Assembly: GCA_008632985.1 (NCBI GenBank)
Contig: QPGO01000003.1
Coordinates: forward strand, 248,001 to 312,000
DNA from: Psammoneis japonica
Taxonomy: Eukaryota
DNA length: 64,000 nt
Direction: 5' to 3'
Under the pieces are notes generated by a model. It worked only from the letters and a program-made list of their open reading frames with translations, searched no databases and was not told the origin of the DNA. A program made the translations under genes and the position numbers. Of the stretch, positions 34,382 to 46,636 are shown in pieces (positions within the stretch are counted from its first letter, which is position 1; each line of letters starts with the position of its first letter).

Positions 34382-36951
34382 ATGAACAGTGATAATCAGA
34401 AAGACCATCGTGAAGAATGCGGCAGGACTGAACAAGGTGTAAACGAGCCAACGAATGCCCACGCCAACAACAGGACGGCGAAGAAAAAGAAAAGTCATAC
34501 ACGACGAGGCGAGCAAAATCATGAGGAAAAAGAAGAAACAAATGAAGAGCACGCATCGACCAAACGCTCTTTTACGAGCAACGAGAAGAAAGGCCGACCA
34601 GGAAAAGATCGAAAAGGAGAGGAGATTATCGAAGAACAGCGCGTCGACCCGGGTGTTGCGGTCACGGAGGAACCACTCGTACCACCCGAAAAGCTTTCTG
34701 CAGTCGGCCAACGCCAAGCAGTTCGGCGTGAGGCTCTTTACGAATACACCGAGACACAAAGCTCACATTTGAAAATCAATCCATTATCGACGCCTTCTTC
34801 TTCGAGCAGTGATAACGACAAGCCCGTGTTTCTGGAAAAACGCCAAGTGTTTCGCAGCGGGAATGAGCATTTTTTGGATGAACAATATGAAAAATTAGAC
34901 TATACTGCTGACGAGAAGAAATCAAAATATCGCACTCACCGAGATGAGTTGTTGATACAAGATACAGCGGAGTCAAAAAAGAAGAAAAGAAAAATTCGTC
35001 GTGCTACCAGACAGAAGCAAGTAAGAGAAGAAGAAGAAAACATGGAAGTGCAATCTCGTGTAGATCCAATTCTTGCTCTCTGGTTGGTGACTCAAACATT
35101 GTATCAGAAACGGAGGAACGGCTAGTATCACCCGTCGGGGCTTTTGCAGTCAGCCAACGCCAAACAACTCGACGTTCTGTTCGTCATCAAGATTCCGAGA
35201 CGCAATGGTCAGATTTGGAATCCGTTCATTCTAACCTGTCTTTATTGTCGTCTGTGGCTCCTTTTCAAGATGGCGGGATACCCGTTGGGGCTTTTGCGGT
35301 CAGCCGTGGCCAAGCAACTCGACGTTATGTTAGTCGTCAGGATTCCGACACGCAATGGTCAGATTTGGAATCCGTTCATTCTAACCTGTCTTTATTATCG
35401 TCTGTGGCTCCGCTTCAAGATGGCGGAACTCCAATGCTTTTGGAGGCACAGCTGGCACGGCCGGTTGAAGATCTCGAAGCTGAATTGTCTCGTCGACAAG
35501 CCGAAGAAATGCAGGGTCTGCAGACAGAGATTGAGGATCTTCGTCAGTCACAGCTATCGAATCTCCCGCTCGCACATGCAGAAGTGACAAAAGGGATCCA
35601 GAAAAGGAAGCGACTGCTGATGTTTTGTATAATGTCATTGGTTGTAGCTGTCATGGTTTTCGTTGCAGTAATCGTTTCAACCCAGCAACGGACAGAATCA
35701 CCAACCAACGCTCCAACGACGGGTACTCAAGTCGTATTGAATAGAACGTGGAGTCAGGTTGGACAGGATCTTGCCGGAGAAGCGCCCGAAGACCAATTTG
35801 GCATTTCTCTCTCTTTATCGCGTGACGCAAGAGTCATGGTCGTAGGAGCAACTCAAAAAAAGTTAAAAGGCAACACTCATGGTTATGCGTCGGTCTTTCA
35901 ACTAGAAAAGGCAACCAATTCTTGGACACGCAAGGGCCAAGTTCTGATTGGAGATGAACGCCAAGACCTTTTCGGCATGTCGGTGTCGCTGAATAGTGAT
36001 GGAACGATTCTTGCTGTTGGGGCACTACAGAAGAGAGATAGAGATGGTATATCAGATGCGGGCTATGTTCGAGTGTACGAGTACAATGTGGTCACCGAAA
36101 AATGGGACCAACTTGGAAAGACGATGAGAGGAGACGCAGTTGGCGATGAATTTGGTACTTCTGTTTCATTGTCCAGTGCGGGAGACACTCTAGTGGTTGG
36201 AGCAAGGAGGGCCGACACCAGTAATGGGATCAGTTCTGGAATAGTTCGAGCATTTCGCTACAACCGTGGGACCTTGTCGTGGGTACAACTTGGCCAGACA
36301 CTTGCTGGTCAAACAGAATATGATCTTTTTGGTGAATCCGTGTCCTTAAGCAGTTCCGGCTCAATTTTTGCTGCCGGTGCACGTTCAAGTGATATAGGAG
36401 GAAGAAATGCTGGTCTGATAGCCATGTACAGATACAATTCGACATCGGCAATGTGGCTGCTGATGGGTGAAACCATCAGTGGGGAACCTGGAGGCTTGCT
36501 TGGAAGTTCAGTTTCTCTTAGTAGTAACGGGATGATTGTTGCCGCGGGTGCGCCAGGATCAAGTGATGGGAGGGTTTTGAGTTATGAATATGACGTTGAA
36601 ACGTCAACATGGACACAACGGGGCCAAACCCTAGAGACCCAACAACAAGGCGATGACTTTGGTGGTTCTGTATCGTTGAACGGAGAAGGAAATATGCTGG
36701 CAGTAGGAAGTCGTTTTCACAATGCCGGTGGGTTAACGAATTCCGGCCAAGTTGTCATCCTAATATATGACATTGACGCTGAGGAATGGCATCAGTTGGG
36801 TGAAGGTTTGTATGGTGAAGCTTCAGAAGATCGGTTCGGACATTCAGTGTCGCTCTCTGGCAATGGAACCATTGTAGGAATTGGTTCAAGTGGGAGCTAT
36901 CCCAACAGTAATAGCTCGGGATCAGCGTACACATTCAAAATGATTGAATAG
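34382..36951 (+). CDS. Type II membrane protein with extracellular FG-GAP beta-propeller (apparent frameshift near 35080)
   Basis: Charged low-complexity N-terminus, TM (LLMFCIMSLVVAVMVFVAVIVS), about 7 repeats of DxFGxSVSLS...LAVGA; the frameshift is inferred from the paralogue (GDSNIV...SPVGAFAV). Confidence 0.8.
35131..35430 (+). repeat. Tandem 150-bp intragenic duplication
   Basis: cccgtcggggcttttgcagtcagcc at 35131 and cccgttggggcttttgcggtcagcc at 35281. Confidence 0.9.
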
Positions 36952-37221
36952 AGCCAAAACTTCCAGTATCCTCTTCTCTAGTAGAGCGACTTAGACTACT
37001 AACTACTAGACTACTGTGCCATCGCTATATTTTTCGCCACCACCTCTGTCTGTCTGTCTGTTTGGATATTGAAGCAAACAGCGGAAAGCGCGTTTCACTG
37101 CCACGACTGACACGTACGCTTCGCTTCCTTATATCTAAAGTGCGGCTCATTTACAGTATTGTTTCATCACATATCCTCTTCATTATTCTGATTGAGATTT
37201 GCAGTCTATCGACAAGCAATA

Positions 37222-39981
37222 ATGAGGCGCAGTGACATGGATAAGCAGAAAAACCGCAATGAAAGAAGTGGAAGGGCTGATCAAGTTTTTAATGGAGAAA
37301 ACGTAGACTCAAATGAAGAACAAGCCTCGAACGAATCGGAATGCGTTTCCCAGAACAAAAGGAGGAAGAAGAAAAGCCACTCTGGAAAAGGCAAAACAGG
37401 CCAAGGCAAAATCACGAAGCACGACGATCAGGTTGCTTCTCTTGGTCCTAGACATGTGCCACATGCGGATCTGAAGGACTATAATACAAAGAACAAAACG
37501 AAGAAGAAAGAGAAGAGGTGTCTCCCTGGAGGAGGTCAAAAGGACGAAGCCATCATCGAAGTGCATGTCGATAATGGGACTGCTTTCAACCCAGATCATA
37601 TCAGACACTCAACTGCGGTTGAACGTACTTCGAACAAAAAGAAGAAACGGAAGAAGAAACGCAAAACAGGAGAAGAGAACGAGAACGAAGACAACTTCGA
37701 TCCGCTTCTTGGAATGAATTCCAGCCATGTGATAAACACAGGTGAAACGAAGGACAAGAAGAAGCGCAACCCCGGAGAAGAATCGAAACGCGAAAGTAAC
37801 GTCGAAGAACAGTTCGACACGGCTGCTCTGATCCATCTAAACAACGCGCCAAACGAGGAGGAGTCCCTAGCATCATCACTTGTTGGAGCTCTCCCAGTGC
37901 GCCGACGCCAAGCAATCCGACGAGATGTTCTTTATGAAGATAACAAGAGACGAAGCACATACTTGAAAGTCAATACATCATCGGCGCCTGCTCTGCCTCG
38001 TGATGACGACACACCGGTATTTTTGAAAGCGAAACTCTCACCGCCAGAAGACATGTCATGGAGCAAGAATGAGCCTTTTTTGGATGAACCAAATGGCGAA
38101 GACTGCACCACTAAGGAGAACAACACGAAACGCCGTTCTCGCCGAGAGCAGCTACTAAGGCAAGAAGGCATGCTGGAATTGAAAATACAAAAGGCTTCGA
38201 AAAAAAACATTTCTATGAAGACGAAGACAAGAAACAGTCGTCGCACTACAAGTGAAAAAGAAGACGAATCTGGCAAAGATCTGCTTGATACAGTTGTTGT
38301 GGTAGACAACTCCAACATTGTACCAAACACAGAACCACCGGCATCACCCGTTGAAGCTTTTTCAGTTCGCCGAACCCACGGGTCAGATTGGGGAACAGCC
38401 CACTCCGATCTATCATTGATGCTCTCTGTGGCTCCTCATGAAGTCGGGACACCAATGATTTTGGAGGCGCAACTCGCGAGACCAATTGATGACATCGAAG
38501 CTGGCATGTCTCGTCGAAAACAGGAGCACGGAGAAGAAATGCATCGTCTACAGACAAAGGTACAGGAACTTCGCAGATCACAGCTGACGAATCTACCGCT
38601 CGTTCATGCAGAAGTGGCAAAAGGTATACAACACAGGAAGCGTGTGATGGTTATCTGCGTTGCGTTGGTATTTCTTGCTATTCTTGGGGCTGCTGTTGGT
38701 GCAATCGTTTCAACACAAAAACGGACAGAATCGCCTTCCAACTCGCCAACAGTCCGTACTGATGTCGTATTGAATGGAACTTGGAGTCAGGTCGGAAATG
38801 TTCAAACTGGCAAGAATGCTGAGGACTATTTTGGTACTTCTGTCTCGTTGTCGCGTGATGCAAGAGTCATGGCCGTGGGAGCCACTCAATACTGTTCCAA
38901 AGGCGACAGTCGTGGATATGCTTCTGTGTATCAATTAGACGAATCAACGCAATCTTGGATAAGCATGGGCCAAGTTTTGTCGGGGAACGCGAACCAAGAT
39001 GTTTTCGGTAGATCTGTGTCGCTAAATCGTGATGGCACAATTCTCGCGGTTGGGGCACCACAGAAGGGAGAATGCAATGGTAAATCTGGTGCCGGCTATG
39101 TCCGAGTGTACGAGTACAATGTCGTCACAGAAATGTGGGGGCAACTTGGCAGTGACATAAGCGGAGAAACAGGAGGTGATGAACTTGGTTTTTATGTGTC
39201 ATTGTCCGACACGGGAGATACTCTAGTGGTAGGGGCACGGAGGGCCGACACTAGCAATGGGATCAATTCTGGATTGGTTCGTGCCTTTCGGTACAACCGT
39301 GGCACCTCGTCATGGGAACAACTGGGGCAGACAATTTCTGGGCAAGCTGCATTTGATATGTTTGGCGTTGACGTGGCCTTAGATAGTTCTGGCTCCATTC
39401 TTGCGGTTGGGGCGCGCTCCAATGATTTGGGCGGGAAAAATGCTGGCCAGGTCTCCATATACAAATACAATGCGACCTCGGCGATGTGGCTGCCAATGGG
39501 TGAACCCATCATTGGAAAAACTGGTGACTTGTTTGGCTATTCTGTTTCTCTTAGCCAAAGTGGCTTGATCGTTGCCGCGAGTGGGACGAAGGTGAACGAA
39601 GAGAGAGTTGTCGTTTACGCGTATAACAATGAGACCTCAGAATGGATGCAACGGGGTCAAACCCTAGAGACTCAACAGCCAGGTGATCGCTTCGGGCATT
39701 ACGTTTCCTTGAACGGAGAAGGAAACGTGTTGGCTGTAGGAAGTCGCTTCCACAATGCCAGTGGAGTAACAGAGTCCGGTCAAGTTGTCATGCTAAAGTA
39801 TGACGTTGACACGGATGCATGGAAGTATCTGGGCGAAGGCCTAAATGGTGATACCGAAGAAGAGCGGTTCGGAAATTCAGTGTCGCTATCTGGAAATGGC
39901 ACCTTAGCGATTGGTTCGAGTTTGAGTGATCCCAACGGGGCCAGTTCAGGGTCCGTGTACGTATTCCAAATGATTCACTAG
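37222..39981 (+). CDS. Tandem paralogue: type II membrane FG-GAP beta-propeller protein
   Basis: Same architecture; strong protein and DNA similarity to 35215-36951 (e.g. GYVRVYEYNVVTE, DTLVVGARRADTSNG). Confidence 0.85.
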   Translation: MRRSDMDKQKNRNERSGRADQVFNGENVDSNEEQASNESECVSQNKRRKKKSHSGKGKTGQGKITKHDDQVASLGPRHVPHADLKDYNTKNKTKKKEKRCLPGGGQKDEAIIEVHVDNGTAFNPDHIRHSTAVERTSNKKKKRKKKRKTGEENENEDNFDPLLGMNSSHVINTGETKDKKKRNPGEESKRESNVEEQFDTAALIHLNNAPNEEESLASSLVGALPVRRRQAIRRDVLYEDNKRRSTYLKVNTSSAPALPRDDDTPVFLKAKLSPPEDMSWSKNEPFLDEPNGEDCTTKENNTKRRSRREQLLRQEGMLELKIQKASKKNISMKTKTRNSRRTTSEKEDESGKDLLDTVVVVDNSNIVPNTEPPASPVEAFSVRRTHGSDWGTAHSDLSLMLSVAPHEVGTPMILEAQLARPIDDIEAGMSRRKQEHGEEMHRLQTKVQELRRSQLTNLPLVHAEVAKGIQHRKRVMVICVALVFLAILGAAVGAIVSTQKRTESPSNSPTVRTDVVLNGTWSQVGNVQTGKNAEDYFGTSVSLSRDARVMAVGATQYCSKGDSRGYASVYQLDESTQSWISMGQVLSGNANQDVFGRSVSLNRDGTILAVGAPQKGECNGKSGAGYVRVYEYNVVTEMWGQLGSDISGETGGDELGFYVSLSDTGDTLVVGARRADTSNGINSGLVRAFRYNRGTSSWEQLGQTISGQAAFDMFGVDVALDSSGSILAVGARSNDLGGKNAGQVSIYKYNATSAMWLPMGEPIIGKTGDLFGYSVSLSQSGLIVAASGTKVNEERVVVYAYNNETSEWMQRGQTLETQQPGDRFGHYVSLNGEGNVLAVGSRFHNASGVTESGQVVMLKYDVDTDAWKYLGEGLNGDTEEERFGNSVSLSGNGTLAIGSSLSDPNGASSGSVYVFQMIH

Positions 39982-40342
39982 CAGGTGACCTTTTCCCATC
40001 CTCTCGGAACCATGGGTGCGGGTATCACCATCGAAAAACTACCACGACCGCTGGACACTAAGCTGCGGAACTCGCGCTACAATATCCCATATTCAAACGT
40101 TGGCAAAATCGAAGTAGGAGCACGACTTTGGGTCTTTGGCACCCAACTTGACTGTACGAGGAACCGAAGATTCTTTTGCTTTGGTATAATATGTTAAGGA
40201 GCACTTGCATCATGTCAAGATGATTCGAGCTTCACCTCCATAACAACTCTCCCGGCGACTAGATGATTCGAGCTCGTCTCGAAATGGGGCAAGACGAGAC
40301 CTAATGAGCGTCAAGAGACAGACGCAGCATATGTGGATCATT

Positions 40343-42184
40343 TTAGTACCATGAGTCTTCTTTCTCCTCCTGTTGTATCTGTTCATTGGTTTTCCCCCCA
40401 CGATTGGGCACGGTTTGATGTTTTGACTTCTTCTCAGTTGGCCGGTAGGATTGTGTGCGTTCACGGTCGTAACCATTGTTAGGACGATTTCTCGTCTGCG
40501 CCCGACTTGCATCCTTGCCGTTCTTGCTTTCGCTATTCGGACGGTAACGTTGATAAGTTGGCGAGCCTGATGTTGTCCTTTGTCGTTGAGTCGTAGAAAC
40601 CTCCGCATCAGGTTGAGCTGCAGATCGACCACGAATCACGTATTGAATCCACCTCAAATCTTGATTTGCTGTCCGCAACACCATGCTTTGACTGCGCTTT
40701 AGACCTAAATGTTTTGTAGCACTCTGAAACAGAAATCATCAGAGCGGTATGGAAACAACAGCTTCACACTCTCAAAGACCGCCGTTCTCTTACCTTGTTT
40801 CCTGACAAGACCCACGCTTGCGTGTCGGGTGGGCAGTTTTCCCGTAAAAACACGCGCAAGGATTCCCATGACTCGTGATCTTCGTCGGACAAGCGGACAC
40901 CCCATGGTGGATTGGTTACAACCAAAACATTTTCACTACTACCTTTTTTCAATTGAAACTCACGACAGTCTTGTTGTTGGACTTGAACCACCCGCGACAA
41001 TCCCGCCGCGTGCAATGATTGTTCGAGAATATCCAAAGCACCGTCATGAATGTCATTGGCAAGAATGGTAACTCTTTCGCTATCACGCAATTTTGCAATC
41101 CCGCTTGAGCACGTTGCGTGGCATCCAACAACAACGCCTTCCAAATGGCAGAAGCGTCTTCGTCTTGGTGCTTCCACTTGAGAACGGGTGGTATTGTTGT
41201 TGTCCCATTACCCCGCACTTGATTCTCATCAATCCTGGCGCAATGTCTGCAGCCATCATGGCAGCTTCCAGAACAAGCGATCCACTCCCGCACATGGGGT
41301 CCACCAGTGTCAAGACTCCTTGTTTTTCATCCTGTAACATACTTTTCCAATCCGTCATCAACAGCAGTCCAGCAGCTAGCGATTCCTTCATGGCTGCCTT
41401 GTGAATGACACCACCACGTCGGTATCCACGCTTGTGCAAGCTTGACGACGAATGCAAACTACGCCACAGGGTAAAGTCGGCGCTCTCTCCGTTATTATTA
41501 CCACGCAAGATGCAAACCAACGGCACGTCGGCATCCTCTACATCCACATTGGGTCGATCTCCTCGTAAATCACGAATCTCATCACAAATGGCATTCTTGA
41601 CAGTCATGCAGTATAATGCGAATGCGAAATGTCCTTGGGCAAACGATTGTTGAGAATGGCTTTTACAGACAGGGTCAATAATCCTCCTTGGCCGTCGCCC
41701 ATGAGGTCCTTGACATGACGCTCCTTCTCAATTCCTCATACAAGTCGTCTCGCGTTTCAATCGAAAAGCCATTGCTTACAAATTCCAAAATGCGATGGGC
41801 CGTGCGAACCCATAGCAAGGCACGTAAACCCATTTGCAAATTTCCTTGAAAGAAAACGGCTGAATTTCCTGACGTCTCTACCGCGAAAGCTCCCAATTCT
41901 TGCAGTTCGTTCGACAGTACATTTGCCAATCCGGGTATGCACGTTGCCAAGTATTGGCGATTGTTGTTCTGCACTGTATCCATAGTATCGTCCCTGAACG
42001 ACACTGACAGGCTGCTTGGGGTGGTGGTGGGCTCGAGCTGATGGCGATTGAACGAAACATCATCAAGAGAACCTTTCGGAAAACGAAATGAATTCTTGCG
42101 TTTTGCCGTTGAAAAAGCAGTTGTAAAATCAAGGCACATCCATAACCAGCAGCAAGTAAGGACAATTCTTCTTATATGAAACAT
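40343..42184 (-). CDS. THUMP-domain RNA methyltransferase (RlmL/UPF0020-like), organelle-targeted; intron ~40724-40793; several apparent 1-nt frameshifts
   Basis: YLATCIPGLANVL, SLHKRGYR, AAMKESLAAGLL, DPMCGSGSL, ANDI, VTNPPWGVRL in successive frames; signal ending TTAFS. Confidence 0.85.
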
Positions 42185-42329
42185 GATGAGTACACAAGTA
42201 AACAGACGAGACACCTTTTTGGCATGACAGGAATTCGAATGCCGGTACAGTGCGATGCATGCGGAATGAATGAAGGGGATAGGGCATGTTCTTTTCTCTC
42301 GTCTCAACGTCTCACCGTTACCATCGGGA

Positions 42330-44040
42330 TATGAGCCGATGGTGAACTTTGCCATCTGCCATGGCATGTGCCTCTGGGGCAGACGCAAAGCCGATCTGTC
42401 GAGTGCATGAGCTGCCTCTCTCTGCATTTTGCACACTGGCAGATTTCCAACCCTGTCTTTGTCGCAGGCTTTCTTGTTAACTCTCCTGTCCTGCACAGGA
42501 GGTGCTGCTGGTGTCATCGGCAGCAGCAAGGTGGCTTCGCACTGACTGCAGGTGAGGGTGAGAGAGATGGCTTGTGCAGACAAGAAATCACCCTGCTGGT
42601 CTCATGCACACAGAGCATGCTGGAAGTGACCATGAGAAATTCTGCAAGGAATCTGGGCTGCCCCAAGGCCAAGCCCCAGGGTGAGGCCAAGGCAAGGGCC
42701 CGCTGCAGATTCCTCTGGCAGGATGATGAAGCAGCAGCCAGGCCAGCTCTTTTTGTTTTGTGGGCTGGTGTTGTGCTTGCTTTTTCATGGTCGAGAGACA
42801 AAGCTGTTGAGAATTTGTGAACAGAGAAATTTTGTTGTTTGGTTGGCATTTTCAACAGTCAAAATTTTCACTTGAGAGTGTGGCAGCATGTGGGTGTGTG
42901 TGAGAAAAAGCCAAAGGTTGCCAGTGTTTTTTCTCTTGCACAGTTGGCCGCAACATTTTCATGAGAGCAGACAATGTGTCACCCAATTGCACTGTGAGCA
43001 ACTGCTGTCACACAACATCACACCAGCTCACATGACATCACATGGAATCACAGCTCTGCATGAAACATCAAAGCAACTGACCAGCAGCCTCCAGGCAGGG
43101 GTTGCTCCCCAGCATTGAACACATCTCAAAACCAGCCAGCCACATCAGAAATCACATCTCCTGGTTGCTGCATGCATGGCTTTGCAACAACTCTGTGTTC
43201 TGAGACCTGCTCTGGGCAAGATTCCTGAAATTCTCACAAAATGCAACCTGGAGTTGTCAACCCATTGTGATTTTACCATGGATTTTCAAGTTCAGCAGCT
43301 GTTGACTGGGTGCCAGATCATGATTTCTGAGTTGAGATTTCCACCTGCTGGCCAAAAAAACACATGCTGTGATTCCCGCACAGGTTTCACACAATGACAA
43401 ATTGCAGTGACTTCTTTGTCATGTGCTTTTGGAAAATGTCTGCACACAAGTGCTCGTGGAATTGTTTTGCCCATGTGGGAGATCAGCTCTGCACTTGCTT
43501 CCATTGGTGCTGCAAAGCCACCAGCACTTGCTTTTCTGCAGCAGAGATGTTGCCACCAGCGTTGAAGGGGACACGCTGCTTTGTCACTGCTTGGGACGAG
43601 GTGTGGCACTGTCATGGTGATGTGTGCCTCTTTGTGCTTCTTCTTTGATTGGCAGCACATTCCATGAGCTTGATGATTCCCACCTGCGATCATTGTTTTC
43701 TTGGCCCATTGCTTCGCCTGCTCATGCTCCTTTTGCAAGAACAAAGTGCAGCCATCACTCATCCCATTGGGTGGACAATGCAAGCAACAACAACCCTTCC
43801 CCACATTGTCTTTTCAAGCATCACATCAAGAGTTTTTTTCCTTCCATCTTCACTTTGATCTTCTGCAGCATCGCTTTTTCCGACTGTGTCTGCGGTCGCT
43901 CTGCCGGACAATGAGGAGCGCATTTCCTTGCTTGTCTCACATCACCTACGATGAGGCAGTCTCGCGCGCGCTCGCATTTTTTGGTGCCCATCCACGAATG
44001 CGGCTCTGCATTTCCGTTGTGAGAGATTTCAAATTTTTGA
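42330..44040. other. TpA/CpG-depleted degenerate domain
   Basis: Near absence of TA; abrupt switch to TA-rich AT DNA at ~44060. Confidence 0.7.
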
Positions 44041-44303
44041 AGCGTCCACCAGACATTCAAAATATATGAGAATGATGTCTTACATAATTTTTCAACGGAA
44101 TCCAATTCAGAATATTCCAACAACAGAAATGTAGCTTTTTCCATGAATTGAAGTTCATTTAGTTATTAAGATCCTTTAACATATTCTATTTCTTTTAGTA
44201 CATCTGTTTTTAATTATCACGTTTTACGATAACATTATAAACAATTCTAAGTTTCAATAACCTCTAAAATTGAGATATAGATTTTTCTATATAGTTGAAG
44301 TCA

Positions 44304-44325
44304 CCAAATTTTTCGAAAAATTTGG
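44304..44325. repeat. Perfect 22-bp palindrome
   Basis: ccaaatttttcgaaaaatttgg equals its own reverse complement. Confidence 0.9.
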
Positions 44326-44685
44326 CGGATCCGAGAAGGCTGTTTTGGGTTTTGTGGCGTGATCTTCTTCCCACTTTTTCCAACCTTAGCGTCAGTCGAC
44401 AAGCGTTGTGTACAATCAAGGTAAGCGTTGCCATGAGAAACGATAGAAAGGGTAGGCAGAGCTGCGGTACATCGATAGGCCCGTCGACGGTTATAGCACA
44501 TTGAATGGCAGATGATCACGGCTTGTTTGTCTTTTCAACTCACGCCTAGGACAATAACTCACGTGCACAACTTGCTCTTTGTTTCGCCCAGGTCACCTGA
44601 TATCTCATCCTGGATCTAGGGTGTGGAGTAAACTCAGGTACTGACCAATCGTGTGCGTGAATACGTTACTTGGAAATCGGACGCA

Positions 44686-46242
44686 ATGAGAGTCTTGGTT
44701 GCCTGGATCGTCGCAGTCGCCGTGCTCCTGAGCACTCAGTGCGCCGCATCTTCGGACGAGTCTCGAAAACTGTCTCGCGTGCTCAGCCAACGAGGAGGAA
44801 AAGGTTGGTATTCAAGTAGCAGTAGCAGTAGCAGTAGCAAGAGCAAAGGAGGCAAAAAGGGAAGTAGCAGCAAAAGCAAAGGTGGCAAGAAGGGAAGTAG
44901 CAGCAAAAGCAAAGGTGGCAAGAAAGGAAGTAGCAGCAAAGGTAGTAGCAGCAAAGGTAGAAAGCCACCGCCGCCCAAGCCCAAACCCAAGCCCAAACCC
45001 AAGCCTCCACCACCCAAACCCAAACCCAAGCCTCCACCGCCCAAGCCGAAACCCAAGCTTCCGTCGCCAAGCCCTTCGCCCAAGCCACCTTCACCCTCGC
45101 CCAAGCCGCCTTCACCCTCGCCTAAGCCACCATCACCCTCGCCCAAGCCACCGTCTCCTCCAAGCTCTAGCAAATCCATGGGCGGCAAGAAGGGAAGCGG
45201 TACCGGCAGCAGCGGCAAAAGCAGCAGTGGCAAGAAGGGAAGCGGCACCGGCAGCAGCGGCAAAAGCAGCAGTGGCAAGAAGGGAAGCGGCACTGGCAGT
45301 AGCGGCAAAAGCAGCAGTGGCAAGAAAGGGAGTGGTGGCGGCAGTAGCGGAAAAAGCAAAAGTGGCAAGAAGGGAAGTGGCAGCAGCACCGGTGCCGGGC
45401 ACCCACCTTCTCCTCCATCATGCCCGGCTACCTGTCCTTGTTTCACCATGAATCAAGTTCATCTGCTAGAAGGTGAACCTGACTGTCAGATCTTTGATCA
45501 AGGCTCTGTAATTGAGTTTATCAATGATGACGGCAAAATCATTGCAGATGTGTGCACCGGACCCAGGTGTGGCGAACGTGATACGGTTGAGTGCTTCTTT
45601 GTTATTGGAGACCACGTTGAAATTGGACGCGACAGAAGCATCAGTGACGAGGAAGACGAAGCCTGTCGCGCTATCATTGCCCACTACTGCGATGAGCCGC
45701 CACCGCATCCGACGCCACCATCCCCACCCGGACCCTCGCCCAAGCCGCCCAAGCCTGCGACTCCACCACACCCTCCCGCACCCGCACCCAAGCCTGACAA
45801 GTCTAAGAGTGGATCTTCGGCCAAGAGTGCGTCTTCTGGGGGCAGCTCTGGATCTGCAGCCAAGAGCGCGTCTTCTGGGGGCAGCTCCGGATCTGCAGCC
45901 AAGAGCGCGTCTTCTGGGGGCAGCTCCGGATCTTCAGCCAAGAGTGCGTCTTCTGGGGGCAGCTCGGGAGCTTCAGCCAAGAGTGCGTCTTCTGGGGGCA
46001 GCTCTGGAGCTTCAGCCAAGAGTGCGTCTTCTGGGGGCAGCTCTGGAGCTTCTGCCAAGAGTGCATCTTCTGGGGGCGGCTCTGGAGCTTCAGCCAAGAG
46101 TGCCTTTTCTGGGGGCAGCTCTAGATCTTCTGCCAAGAGTCCGTCTTCTGGGGGCAGCTCCATATATAGTTCTGACTCCAACGGATTTTCCGCCAAGAGC
46201 AAAGCCACAGGTGGTAGTGCGCATTCGAGAGCCATTCATTGA
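44686..46242 (+). CDS. Secreted silaffin-like K/S/G/P-rich protein with central Cys domain
   Basis: Signal peptide, RKL/RVL motifs, KSKGGKKGSSS and KSSSGKKGSG repeats, (KP)n and (KPPSPSP)n, Cys domain, about 9 AKSASSGGSSGxx repeats (39 bp, ~45820-46160). Confidence 0.75.
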   Translation: MRVLVAWIVAVAVLLSTQCAASSDESRKLSRVLSQRGGKGWYSSSSSSSSSKSKGGKKGSSSKSKGGKKGSSSKSKGGKKGSSSKGSSSKGRKPPPPKPKPKPKPKPPPPKPKPKPPPPKPKPKLPSPSPSPKPPSPSPKPPSPSPKPPSPSPKPPSPPSSSKSMGGKKGSGTGSSGKSSSGKKGSGTGSSGKSSSGKKGSGTGSSGKSSSGKKGSGGGSSGKSKSGKKGSGSSTGAGHPPSPPSCPATCPCFTMNQVHLLEGEPDCQIFDQGSVIEFINDDGKIIADVCTGPRCGERDTVECFFVIGDHVEIGRDRSISDEEDEACRAIIAHYCDEPPPHPTPPSPPGPSPKPPKPATPPHPPAPAPKPDKSKSGSSAKSASSGGSSGSAAKSASSGGSSGSAAKSASSGGSSGSSAKSASSGGSSGASAKSASSGGSSGASAKSASSGGSSGASAKSASSGGGSGASAKSAFSGGSSRSSAKSPSSGGSSIYSSDSNGFSAKSKATGGSAHSRAIH

Positions 46243-46636
46243 AGCGCTTAGACAAGAAGTTTTAGAGGCCCGTGCCTCTGAAACACTCTGATTCATATAA
46301 GATATTGTGTATTTTATGGAAAGGAATGCGAAGGGTACAAGATTTTTTGTGCTGTTTCCTTCGCTACACCTTTTCATGATGTGTCGCGGAAATGGGTCAC
46401 GACTAGCTAGACTCTATTTGTGGTTTTGTTTCAGTGTCGCTACATGTTAATATAGTGCTGCTGTAACATAGTCAATGGATTAACTACACGTAAAGAAATA
46501 TCGCCGAAATCTGACTGGCATGTTCAAGTTTCTCAAATAAAAGCAAAGTTGGGAAAAAGAGTCGTCTGGCCTTCCATCGGCAGATAGCGGTGTCTCAAAT
46601 CTATTGTAAGTTTCGCTGAAACGCTGAAACATCACC

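Noticed and set aside
45820..46160. 39-bp repeats as a CRISPR array
   Set aside because: Head-to-tail coding repeats without unique spacers; eukaryotic context; no cas genes
44736..46235. Long antisense Leu/Pro-rich ORFs
   Set aside because: Shadow frames of the repetitive K/S/G-rich gene
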